A stretch of DNA of 8,682 nt from Candidatus Odinarchaeia archaeon (lineage in GTDB: Archaea; Asgardarchaeota; Odinarchaeia; Odinarchaeales; Odinarchaeaceae): NCBI GenBank assembly GCA_029856525.1, contig JAHQXC010000057.1:1-8682 (forward strand). The letters are read 5' to 3'. Shown here one piece after another: positions 1 through 6,947 of this stretch. The notes under the pieces are model-generated. The model saw only the letters and a program-made list of their open reading frames with translations, was not told the origin of the DNA and searched no databases. A program made the translations under genes and the position numbers. Every line of letters starts with the position of its first letter. Position 1 is the first letter of the stretch.

Positions 1-11
1 TTATGAGATTC
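1..11 (-). CRISPR. Probable 5' part of the first (leader-proximal) CRISPR repeat, cut by the window edge; array would extend to the left
   Basis: Minus strand reads GAATCTCATAA, resembling from memory the start of crenarchaeal GAATCTCA...ATTGAAAG-type repeats (Thermoproteales). It follows an AT-rich non-coding leader-like tract next to cas6. Only 11 nt and no second copy are visible, so this is inference. Confidence 0.4.
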
Positions 12-130
12 CGATAGGTTATTTTATTGTTTTCGGGTAAATAAGTTTTTTTCTGCTTGTTTTTATGGAGGTTTTTCCGCTACCCCCTTTCTTGCAGAGG
101 TATTTATAAAGGGTAGAAAAATTTTGGTTA
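12..130 (-). promoter_or_regulatory. Putative CRISPR leader (left boundary at the repeat, right boundary approximate)
   Basis: Non-coding, AT-rich, with A-tracts on the minus strand, lying between the putative repeat and cas6. Contains promoter-like elements at 38-53 and TTTATAAA at 103-110. Confidence 0.5.
38..53 (-). promoter_or_regulatory. BRE/TATA-like element pointing toward the putative array
   Basis: Minus strand GAAAAAAAC-TTATTTA (53->38): purine run followed by a TATA-like box. It would place a start site near position 13-15, just before the putative repeat. Confidence 0.4.
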
Positions 131-134
131 TATC

Positions 135-142
135 CTTAAATA
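135..142 (+). promoter_or_regulatory. Possible TATA box for a leaderless cas6 transcript
   Basis: CTTAAATA ends 21 nt before the GTG at 164, close to the 22-nt spacing seen at csa3 and csa5. No good BRE. Confidence 0.3.
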
Positions 143-163
143 TTTTCGTGTTTATTTTATTAT

Positions 164-1084
164 GTGTCATATTTCACTTCTGTTTCACTGAGTTTGAATA
201 GTAGTGAGGATATTTTTTTGCAGAGTTTTTCAGGTTTCGCTTCTAGAGGGCTTTTTTATAATATTATTCGGAGTGTGGATGAAGAGTTAGCTAGTTTAGT
301 TCATGCTGGTAAGGGTTTAGCTCCTTTTAGCTGTTCTCCTGTGTATAGTTTTAACGGTGAGAGGAGGGTTCCATGTTTTAGTAAGATTTCCAGGGGGTTA
401 TTGGAGGTTTACTTTACTGTATTTGATGAGAAATTAATTAATACTTTAATCGGTTTTATTCAAGGGAAGCTTGGTGGCGGTGAGATTTCTTTAGGTAGAG
501 GTGTTGCTAAACTTAATAGTATTTTTTTCACAGAGATTTTTTATGAAAAATTATATGAGAGCGCTGAGCCGGTTGAAAGTTTTAAAATAAACTTTATCAC
601 TCCAACTTACTTCCGTTCATCTCCGATAGAATTTAACGAGGATTCTAGTAGAATCAGCGATAAGAAGGCTTTCACCCCTTACAAGTTTATAGTTTTCCCT
701 GATCCTGTTTTAATGTTTAAAAGTATTATACGTGTATGGAGGTTTTTTTCAGATTATAAAATAGATTTCAAAGATTTTATTAACTGGCTTGAATCTGGTA
801 GCGTAGTCGTTTCAGGTTATCCGCAGGGGATTAAAACGAGAATCGTCTACGAGCATCCAACCACGAATAAATGGTGTGTCGGATTCACCGGGGAAGTTTA
901 CTTCACTATAATTAAAGAACTATACGATATAGAAATGAGTAGACTAGTAGACATGCTGCTTAAATTCGCCGAATACTCTAATGTAGGCGGAGGTAAAACC
1001 GCCGGTCTAGGCGTTATAAAATACTCGCCTAAATCTTTAACCGAGTTAACTGATAGAAACAGCGATCACACCGAGCTCGGTTAA
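164..1084 (+). CDS. cas6: CRISPR pre-crRNA processing endoribonuclease Cas6
   Basis: 306 aa, GTG start. C-terminal Gly-rich loop NVGGGKTAGLG, FITPTYFR and GFTGEV segments typical of Cas6 RAMPs. Y32/H47 have the same spacing as the Tyr31/His46 catalytic pair of P. furiosus Cas6. Confidence 0.95.
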   Translation: MSYFTSVSLSLNSSEDIFLQSFSGFASRGLFYNIIRSVDEELASLVHAGKGLAPFSCSPVYSFNGERRVPCFSKISRGLLEVYFTVFDEKLINTLIGFIQGKLGGGEISLGRGVAKLNSIFFTEIFYEKLYESAEPVESFKINFITPTYFRSSPIEFNEDSSRISDKKAFTPYKFIVFPDPVLMFKSIIRVWRFFSDYKIDFKDFINWLESGSVVVSGYPQGIKTRIVYEHPTTNKWCVGFTGEVYFTIIKELYDIEMSRLVDMLLKFAEYSNVGGGKTAGLGVIKYSPKSLTELTDRNSDHTELG

Positions 1085-1085
1085 A
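1036..1085. repeat. 10-bp perfect inverted repeat (TTTAACCGAG 1036-1045 / CTCGGTTAAA 1076-1085) with an internal 12-bp palindrome ACCGAGCTCGGT (1070-1081)
   Basis: Read directly from the sequence. It brackets the 39-bp cas6/csa3 convergent overlap. Function unknown. Confidence 0.8.
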
Positions 1086-1669
1086 CTATACGTGTTTTTA
1101 TCAACTTTCAAGTACCCGGACTCAACCAGTCTTTTAACAATCCTCCATAAAGTAGTTTTATTTAAACCCGTCTTAACGACTAGTTTCGAGAGTGTTAACG
1201 GATTTTCTTTTAATTCTTTTAATATTCGTTTCTCTATATCATTTATTTCGATAGGTTGATTCATTTTAAGAGGAAATGAAATTATTGAAGACGAGTCTTC
1301 GAATTCTATATCTATTTCCGCGTTTAATTTTAAGAGTGTCGCGGTTAACATGGTTTCTATGATTAACGCTCTGAATCCTCCGCTTAAGATTAAAATAAAT
1401 TTATCGTTTTTCCTTGTGTTGAAAATTTCGCATAATTTAAGGAGTGCTTGAACAAGATCTCTTGGTTCAATCTTAAAATGCTTTATTTCAAGATTATTAA
1501 ACATTTTATTTAGTATTTCACTGAGATGGTTAAACGCCCTTTCAGCTCGCTCATCAACCGGCTGGGATAGGATAACCCATACACTGTCACCTTCTTTTAA
1601 CCCCCGTCTCGCAATCGCTCTAAGCGCGAATTTCTCATCGAAACCTAATGTGATAACGTATATCATCAT
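1046..1669 (-). CDS. csa3: CRISPR locus transcriptional regulator Csa3 (CARF + winged HTH)
   Basis: 207 aa. N-terminal CARF motifs ITLGFDEKFALRAI and LSGGFR. C-terminal wHTH (LTLSKLVVKTGLNKTTLWRIVKRLVESGYL...YSLTELG). Divergent from the Cascade operon as in type I-A loci. Confidence 0.92.
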   Translation of the reverse strand: MMIYVITLGFDEKFALRAIARRGLKEGDSVWVILSQPVDERAERAFNHLSEILNKMFNNLEIKHFKIEPRDLVQALLKLCEIFNTRKNDKFILILSGGFRALIIETMLTATLLKLNAEIDIEFEDSSSIISFPLKMNQPIEINDIEKRILKELKENPLTLSKLVVKTGLNKTTLWRIVKRLVESGYLKVDKNTYSLTELGVIAVSIS

Positions 1670-1691
1670 TTATATATTTAAGTGAATGCGA

Positions 1692-1706
1692 TATTTATAT
1701 GTTTCT
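1692..1706 (-). promoter_or_regulatory. BRE + TATA promoter of csa3 (leaderless)
   Basis: Minus strand AGAAACATATAAATA, followed by 22 nt and then the ATG at 1669. Confidence 0.7.
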
Positions 1707-1712
1707 ATTATT

Positions 1713-1726
1713 TGAAACACGCTTCA
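1713..1726. promoter_or_regulatory. Near-palindrome TGAAAC-AC-GCTTCA, candidate Csa3 operator
   Basis: 5 of 6 arm positions pair. It lies between the two divergent BREs. Assignment to Csa3 is inference. Confidence 0.35.
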
Positions 1727-1751
1727 GAATTTTTAATCTATTTTACATAAG

Positions 1752-1766
1752 AGAAACATTTAAATA
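1752..1766 (+). promoter_or_regulatory. BRE + TATA promoter of the csa5-cas7-cas5-cas8-cas3'-cas3'' operon (leaderless)
   Basis: AGAAACATTTAAATA, followed by 22 nt and then the ATG at 1789. Confidence 0.75.
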
Positions 1767-1788
1767 CAGCCGAATCGATTATTTAAAT

Positions 1789-2154
1789 ATGCAAACCAGC
1801 GATATAAGTCTTAATAGATATTGGTTAAATGATTTAGCCAGAATTTTAGGAATCCTCGCAGCCGGTCAGGGCAGCTATACACATATAGACAAGCTTAGCA
1901 ACGCACCTTCAACAGAATTAGCGTTATTCTATATTAGAGAGGCTTTAAGAGACTTTAACTCATTTCTAAGCAAAAATATCGACGACAAAAAAATAGAGAA
2001 AGAAATCCAAGAAATAAAATCGTTAAAAACTATCGAAGAGAACTTAGATAAAATCGCGCAATTAAGTCGAAGAGAGTTAAAGGAGAAAGCTTCCATAATA
2101 TGTTCTAAAGCGTTAATTATCGCAGCTCGATTAAAGATGGAGGAGAAAGCATGA
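1789..2154 (+). CDS. csa5: Type I-A Cascade small subunit Csa5 (Cas11a)
   Basis: 121 aa helical protein (MQTSDISLNRYW...IDKLSNAPSTELALFYIREALRDF), first gene of the operon, with an ATGA overlap into cas7. Start moved from 1699 (ORF track) to 1789 because the promoter sits at 1752-1766. Family call rests on position, size and remembered similarity. Confidence 0.8.
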   Translation: MQTSDISLNRYWLNDLARILGILAAGQGSYTHIDKLSNAPSTELALFYIREALRDFNSFLSKNIDDKKIEKEIQEIKSLKTIEENLDKIAQLSRRELKEKASIICSKALIIAARLKMEEKA

Positions 2155-3125
2155 GTGACATATTTATTTCTGTAAGAGGAAGACTACTATTAAATGTAGA
2201 AGCTATGAACATGACAGAATCAGTAGGCAACTATGTGAAACATAGAAGAGTCCCAGTGTTAATACATCAGAAGGATGGTTTTGCAACCTATTTTGTACCA
2301 GCTATATCAGGTGAAAGTATCGCACACGGATTCCAGAAAGTTATAGCAGATGAAGCTGTAAATAAAGGTATCCCCGTCTGCAGATTATGCAAAAACGGAA
2401 TATTTTTGAAGAGCACCAGCCAAAAAGTTTTAGAAGACTCTTTCTCAACCAATAGCAAAAGCATTTCTAATATTGAAGAGTTCATAGTGAAAAATTGTAC
2501 AGTGGAAGATATCGGCGGCTTCTTATATGCGGAGCAGGCTAACGTGAAGAGAACTTCTAATTTTTATGTAGGATATATGATACCTGTAAGAGAGACATTA
2601 GAACATGTTGTCATAGATCCTCAGCTACATTCTAGATACGCACTAGGTACAGGGTTTGTAACCTCAGAAAATAAGCAAGAAGAAAGAGGTCAAATGATAT
2701 ACTACGTAGAAGTCTCATCAGCATTGTACACTTTTAGCCTTGATATCGATACAAAATATATAGGTAAATTAACTTTCGAATTCGAGAATGTAGGTAAAAG
2801 CGTTGTATCTGACAGTGAGCGGATTAACAGAATTGATGTTCTACTAGATAGCTTAAAATTGTTCCTATTAGAACACGGTTTCGGAGCCAAGAAAACAAGG
2901 TTTCTACCAACAGCTGAATGGGACTCGATAGTTATAGGTATTTCAGATAACACGTGGACCGCGTGCAGTCCCTTTACAGAAAACTATGTAGATAACTCGA
3001 TTAAAAAGAAGTCTAAAATAAATTATAATACAGAGTTATTCATAGGCAGAAAAACAGAAAATAATATAGATGACGCGATAATCTCCGCTGTCGAAAACGC
3101 TAAACAGAGAATTCGAGGCAAATAA
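2151..3125 (+). CDS. cas7: Type I-A Cascade backbone Cas7 (Csa2)
   Basis: 324 aa. LNVEAMNMTESVGNYVKHR, VPAISGESIAHGFQ, EDIGGFLYAE, VKRTSNF, VEVSSALYTF and GFGAKKTRFLP match Cas7/Csa2. SD GGAGG at 2139-2143. Confidence 0.96.
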   Translation: MSDIFISVRGRLLLNVEAMNMTESVGNYVKHRRVPVLIHQKDGFATYFVPAISGESIAHGFQKVIADEAVNKGIPVCRLCKNGIFLKSTSQKVLEDSFSTNSKSISNIEEFIVKNCTVEDIGGFLYAEQANVKRTSNFYVGYMIPVRETLEHVVIDPQLHSRYALGTGFVTSENKQEERGQMIYYVEVSSALYTFSLDIDTKYIGKLTFEFENVGKSVVSDSERINRIDVLLDSLKLFLLEHGFGAKKTRFLPTAEWDSIVIGISDNTWTACSPFTENYVDNSIKKKSKINYNTELFIGRKTENNIDDAIISAVENAKQRIRGK

Positions 3126-3127
3126 AC

Positions 3128-3955
3128 TTGACCGAGATTACAGGCTATATACTGGATATAGAATTCGTCTGGGGCTTTCAGTCAAAAATAGTAGGTCTCT
3201 CTAAAACATCCCCTACTTTTTATTATCCACCGCCGACTACCATATTAGGAGCATTAGCGGAGGCCCTGGCTAGAGAGCAAAATATAGGTGAAGCTAAAGG
3301 AAAGGAGATTATAATAAAACTTTCAGAGAACCTTCTAGCAATAGGATTAAAACCTATCAACTGTTCCCCTATAAAACACGAAGATATAAACCGAATAATA
3401 ACAATTAAACGAACTGGACTTGGTAAAGACCCTGATCCGGAAAGATTACAAAGCGCATTCGATGCACCCGCAACCGGGAAAACTATTTTTTCAACATTAG
3501 ATGATAACGCACCATTACTAAGAATTTTTCTAGTCTTTAAGTCTCCTGAAATATTATTAGAGGATGATAAATTCTTAATAACTCCAGATTCTTTATGGAG
3601 AATTCATAGACTCGGATCAAAAGAAAGCGTCGTATCCGTCTCTAATGTCGAAAAATGCTCTAAAATAGATAGACGAACGAATACTATCATAGACACAGAG
3701 TACAGCTTCCCCATCCTACCTGAAATTCAACAATCAGAATGTTTAAGACGTCGATGGGAGCGAGAAGTATATATCGATCCATTTAATATCCGAGAATACA
3801 ATCCTCTAAAATCTTATCTTTTCGGAGAAAACCTAATTCCTTATCATATTCCGCTGAAAGTAGAAGAAGGATCCCAGCCTTTATGCTCTGTTTATTTCAG
3901 TAAACCCGCCATAGAATATGCTTATAAAGATGAAAGGGTGATAGGGCGATGGTAA
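3128..3955 (+). CDS. cas5: Type I-A Cascade subunit Cas5a
   Basis: 275 aa, TTG start 2 nt after the cas7 stop. WGFQSK...SKTSPTFYYPPPTTILGALA and HRLGSKESVVSV are Cas5a motifs. GAGG at 3115-3118. Confidence 0.93.
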   Translation: MTEITGYILDIEFVWGFQSKIVGLSKTSPTFYYPPPTTILGALAEALAREQNIGEAKGKEIIIKLSENLLAIGLKPINCSPIKHEDINRIITIKRTGLGKDPDPERLQSAFDAPATGKTIFSTLDDNAPLLRIFLVFKSPEILLEDDKFLITPDSLWRIHRLGSKESVVSVSNVEKCSKIDRRTNTIIDTEYSFPILPEIQQSECLRRRWEREVYIDPFNIREYNPLKSYLFGENLIPYHIPLKVEEGSQPLCSVYFSKPAIEYAYKDERVIGRW

Positions 3956-5127
3956 AAGTTAAATTTAATCTTCCACCAGATACTACTTTCCTAAGTTCTG
4001 TCCTATACGAAGGAGTATTGCATGCAACTTCTCGTTACAGTTTAAATTATAGTTATAAAGAAGCGGAGTTTAAACCTGAATTTCTAAAGGAGGCTTTTAA
4101 AGATTTACGACAAGAAGAATATAATAATATTAGAATCACTCTTACAGGTAATGATAATATAAATGAGCTTTTATTCAAAAAGTTTAATATTCCAGTTAAA
4201 ATTCAAAATAAAACTTTACGAGATACTTTTAAAAATCTCAATGAAAATTTTAACCTATTATCTATAGATAAAGAGGAAATAAGTCTTCAGCAAGTAGAGA
4301 GAAAAGGAAATATATTAATGGATGTTAATAAGAAAGAGGAGGGTATATCGTTTCAGCTACTTAAAACAGATAGATATACTGGTTTTTCATCTTTAGAAAC
4401 AGGTTATATGGATAAACAGTTTACATTATACTTGTCAAAAGAGTTAACACTTATTGCTCTATTAGGAATACATTACTCATACGTTTACACTTCTAGAGAA
4501 AATAATAAAGATAATATTTATTTTTTATTTAACTCCCCGGATCAGATTTCAGAATTACTTTCTAAAAACGATAAGAACTATATCAACACAATTCTAGATT
4601 TAAAAGAAAATATAAAATCAGCGATAAGAAAAATATTACAGAAAATTTACTTACCTGAACTAATACTCTTAGAATTGTTATTTAACATTGAACTCGTTAA
4701 TAAAATAAGGAGCGGTAATTTAGATAAGATTTCTACAATGCTATTTAGAATAAAACGAGAAGGTAACACGTATAAAATATACGAGGTAACTCCGATAACA
4801 GTATTTAAGGATTCTGTTTTCACAGAGAAGATCAGAGAATACTTCAGGAATTCCACTGATACATTCATAAAAGCGATTAGCGGTTTTTTGAAAAACTCAT
4901 ACGTTCTTAACGCGTTAGGATCTTTTAATATGAAAAGAAAAATCGATGAAGCTGATAATATTCTTCGAGCTGTTCAAAACTTGTATAAATTTGTAATACT
5001 AGGTGACAGCCAGGCTTTATATGGTTTTATCAGAGAACTCTGGAATGCCTATAATAAAACAGACGAAGACTCGAGTGCGGGAAAAGAATATATAAAGTTA
5101 ATCCAGTCTATTCCGAGCTGGTTTTAA
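3949..5127 (+). CDS. cas8a: Probable type I-A Cascade large subunit (Cas8a family; subfamily not determined)
   Basis: 392 aa between cas5a and cas3', overlapping cas5 by 7 bp, SD GGTGAT at 3937-3942. It is the only candidate for the large subunit. Call rests mostly on synteny and size. Confidence 0.7.
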   Translation: MVKVKFNLPPDTTFLSSVLYEGVLHATSRYSLNYSYKEAEFKPEFLKEAFKDLRQEEYNNIRITLTGNDNINELLFKKFNIPVKIQNKTLRDTFKNLNENFNLLSIDKEEISLQQVERKGNILMDVNKKEEGISFQLLKTDRYTGFSSLETGYMDKQFTLYLSKELTLIALLGIHYSYVYTSRENNKDNIYFLFNSPDQISELLSKNDKNYINTILDLKENIKSAIRKILQKIYLPELILLELLFNIELVNKIRSGNLDKISTMLFRIKREGNTYKIYEVTPITVFKDSVFTEKIREYFRNSTDTFIKAISGFLKNSYVLNALGSFNMKRKIDEADNILRAVQNLYKFVILGDSQALYGFIRELWNAYNKTDEDSSAGKEYIKLIQSIPSWF

Positions 5128-5135
5128 GTGATAAT

Positions 5136-6947
5136 ATGCTGCAAAAATACTATGAGGAATTTCTTTCAGCCACTGAATTACATAAAAGAGAGTTTATTGA
5201 GAAGGCTTTGGCTGCTATAAGTAGAGATTGGAATGAAAAGAATATTTTCCTTATTGAAGCTCCTACAGGATACGGTAAAAGCGGTATCTCTTATGCAGTC
5301 GCCAGGTATTCTTTTCAAGATGATCTTAAGACGATAATCTGTTTCCCCATTAGAACCCTGCTAGAAGATCAATACAAGAAATTTGAAAAAATAATGGATT
5401 CCTTAAAGTATCTCCTAGGTAAAAGATATATGCATCATGCGACGTCAAGGTATTTAGTGGCTCCGATCACCTTAACCACTATTGACACTCTCTCTCTTAC
5501 ATTATTCGGTATCCCCCCAGAGGATTTTGATAAAATAGTTAAAAGCTCATGGAGTGGGACGTCAGCCGGATCTTTAGGCCATTATTTATTCTCCTATTCT
5601 TCGATAATACTCTCAAATATAATATTAGATGAAGTCCACCTTTTAGCCGATTCAACTAAGTCTTTAAACTTTTTAATGCTATTAATAGAAGAAGTGATCC
5701 GTAATAAACAGAAACTATTCCTTATGTCTGCTACTATACCCACTATTCTATTAGAAAAAATTAAAGGCTACAGGTTGTCGATTACAAATGAACCGCTTGA
5801 TAAATACTTGAGGGTTTTAAGCTTCGAAGACCCTGAATATTTTGATCGCAGCTTTATAATTGAAAGAGCGAGTAAAAACTATCAAATAATAGTTGAAGGT
5901 TTGAGCGAAGAAGAAAAATTTACGAGGATACTTAAAATAATAGAGGAATCTGTGAAGCAAGGTTTTAAGCGAATAATCACTGTTTTCAACACGGTGTCAG
6001 ATGCTATAGAATTTTTTAAAATCGTTAAAAATACTAGTATTATAAGTGATGATACTCATAAATTACTTTTACACTCTAGATTCACTGAAAACGATAGAGA
6101 ATATAAAGTCGGATTGTTAGAGAAGTTGAAAGACTGGGAAGAATATTTAATTGTTGCCACTCAGGTTATAGAAGCCGGCGTGGATATATCATCTAACTTA
6201 TTTATCACAGAGCTGGCTCCAGCTAATTCTTTAATTCAGCGAGTAGGCCGTTTTCTAAGACGCGAAAATGAGAAGAATGGGAGATTGTTCATCTGGTTTG
6301 AGAAAGATGAAAACGGTAACGTTAAGGAAACAAGTGGCAGGTATAAGGTTTACGACTGGAATCTTGTAGATAAAACTTTAAAATTCATGATAGAAAATTT
6401 TGAAAAAAAATCCTCGAATAAAAACAGCTACGTATCAGATAGCAGAGTTCTAAATTTCCATATCCCTGAAAGTTATAAAAAATTTATGGATAAAGTATAT
6501 TCAGAGGACTCGGATTTTGAAATCAACATTCAAGAAATAAAAAACTACTTTACGAATATTTTATTTAATCTTGAATTCCTCTCTTTAAAAGCGTTTGAGA
6601 AATTTTTTTCTCTTGAAGGCAGTTTCATAAGAGATGAATTAATTGTTCCAGTTGTTCCCAGCGAGTTTGTTAATTCTATTCGAAAAATAGATGAAACTAT
6701 TCTTAAACATATTATTCCTATTTCAATAGGGTGGCTTAGAAGGCTTAAACCTAAAGAAGTGATTGTCAGCGAGAAACCCGGGGAAGACAAATCAATAGTA
6801 TATGAGAAAAAACTTGTCTCTGATATAAAAAATTTTGACTATAGCAATGAGAGATCTGTAATGCGAGGCTTATACAAGAATAATATTATCGCTTTTATTA
6901 TAGACGGTTATTATGATAAGGAACTGGGATTGACCGGAGGCGAGTGA
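5136..6947 (+). CDS. cas3': Cas3' SF2 helicase (no HD domain)
   Basis: 603 aa. Motifs EAPTGYGKS (I), FPIRTLLEDQ (Ia), LDEVH (II), MSAT (III), VFNTV (IV), LLHSRF, ATQVIEAGVD (V), QRVGRFLR (VI). SD GTGAT at 5128-5132. Confidence 0.96.
   Translation: MLQKYYEEFLSATELHKREFIEKALAAISRDWNEKNIFLIEAPTGYGKSGISYAVARYSFQDDLKTIICFPIRTLLEDQYKKFEKIMDSLKYLLGKRYMHHATSRYLVAPITLTTIDTLSLTLFGIPPEDFDKIVKSSWSGTSAGSLGHYLFSYSSIILSNIILDEVHLLADSTKSLNFLMLLIEEVIRNKQKLFLMSATIPTILLEKIKGYRLSITNEPLDKYLRVLSFEDPEYFDRSFIIERASKNYQIIVEGLSEEEKFTRILKIIEESVKQGFKRIITVFNTVSDAIEFFKIVKNTSIISDDTHKLLLHSRFTENDREYKVGLLEKLKDWEEYLIVATQVIEAGVDISSNLFITELAPANSLIQRVGRFLRRENEKNGRLFIWFEKDENGNVKETSGRYKVYDWNLVDKTLKFMIENFEKKSSNKNSYVSDSRVLNFHIPESYKKFMDKVYSEDSDFEINIQEIKNYFTNILFNLEFLSLKAFEKFFSLEGSFIRDELIVPVVPSEFVNSIRKIDETILKHIIPISIGWLRRLKPKEVIVSEKPGEDKSIVYEKKLVSDIKNFDYSNERSVMRGLYKNNIIAFIIDGYYDKELGLTGGE

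Noticed and set aside
162-191. Out-of-frame ATG overlapping the cas6 GTG, giving a 9-aa mini-ORF
   Set aside because: Very short and expected by chance. There is no evidence it is translated, though it could compete for leaderless initiation.
1699-1788. 30-aa N-terminal extension of Csa5 in the ORF track (start 1699)
   Set aside because: It would run through both divergent promoters. ATG 1789 sits at the same 22-nt distance from its TATA as csa3 does.
2288-2485. 65-aa minus-strand ORF
   Set aside because: Shadow of cas7, with no recognisable motif or promoter/SD.
2702-2953. 83-aa minus-strand ORF
   Set aside because: Shadow of cas7, with no independent support.
4647-4868. 73-aa minus-strand ORF
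   Set aside because: Shadow of cas8a. Its S/L/I-rich composition is typical of antisense reads of A-rich genes.
5858-5868. ATAATTGAAAG resembling a CRISPR repeat 3' end inside cas3'
   Set aside because: Single short match explained by Ile-Ile-Glu-Arg codons, with no periodic partner.
6545-6790. 81-aa minus-strand ORF
   Set aside because: Shadow of cas3', with no independent support.
6945-6947. Selenocysteine or reassigned TGA (alternative genetic code)
   Set aside because: csa5 also ends in TGA with a normal ATGA overlap, the position is not a catalytic Cys site, and I see no SECIS-like structure. Only leaky readthrough is kept as a hypothesis.
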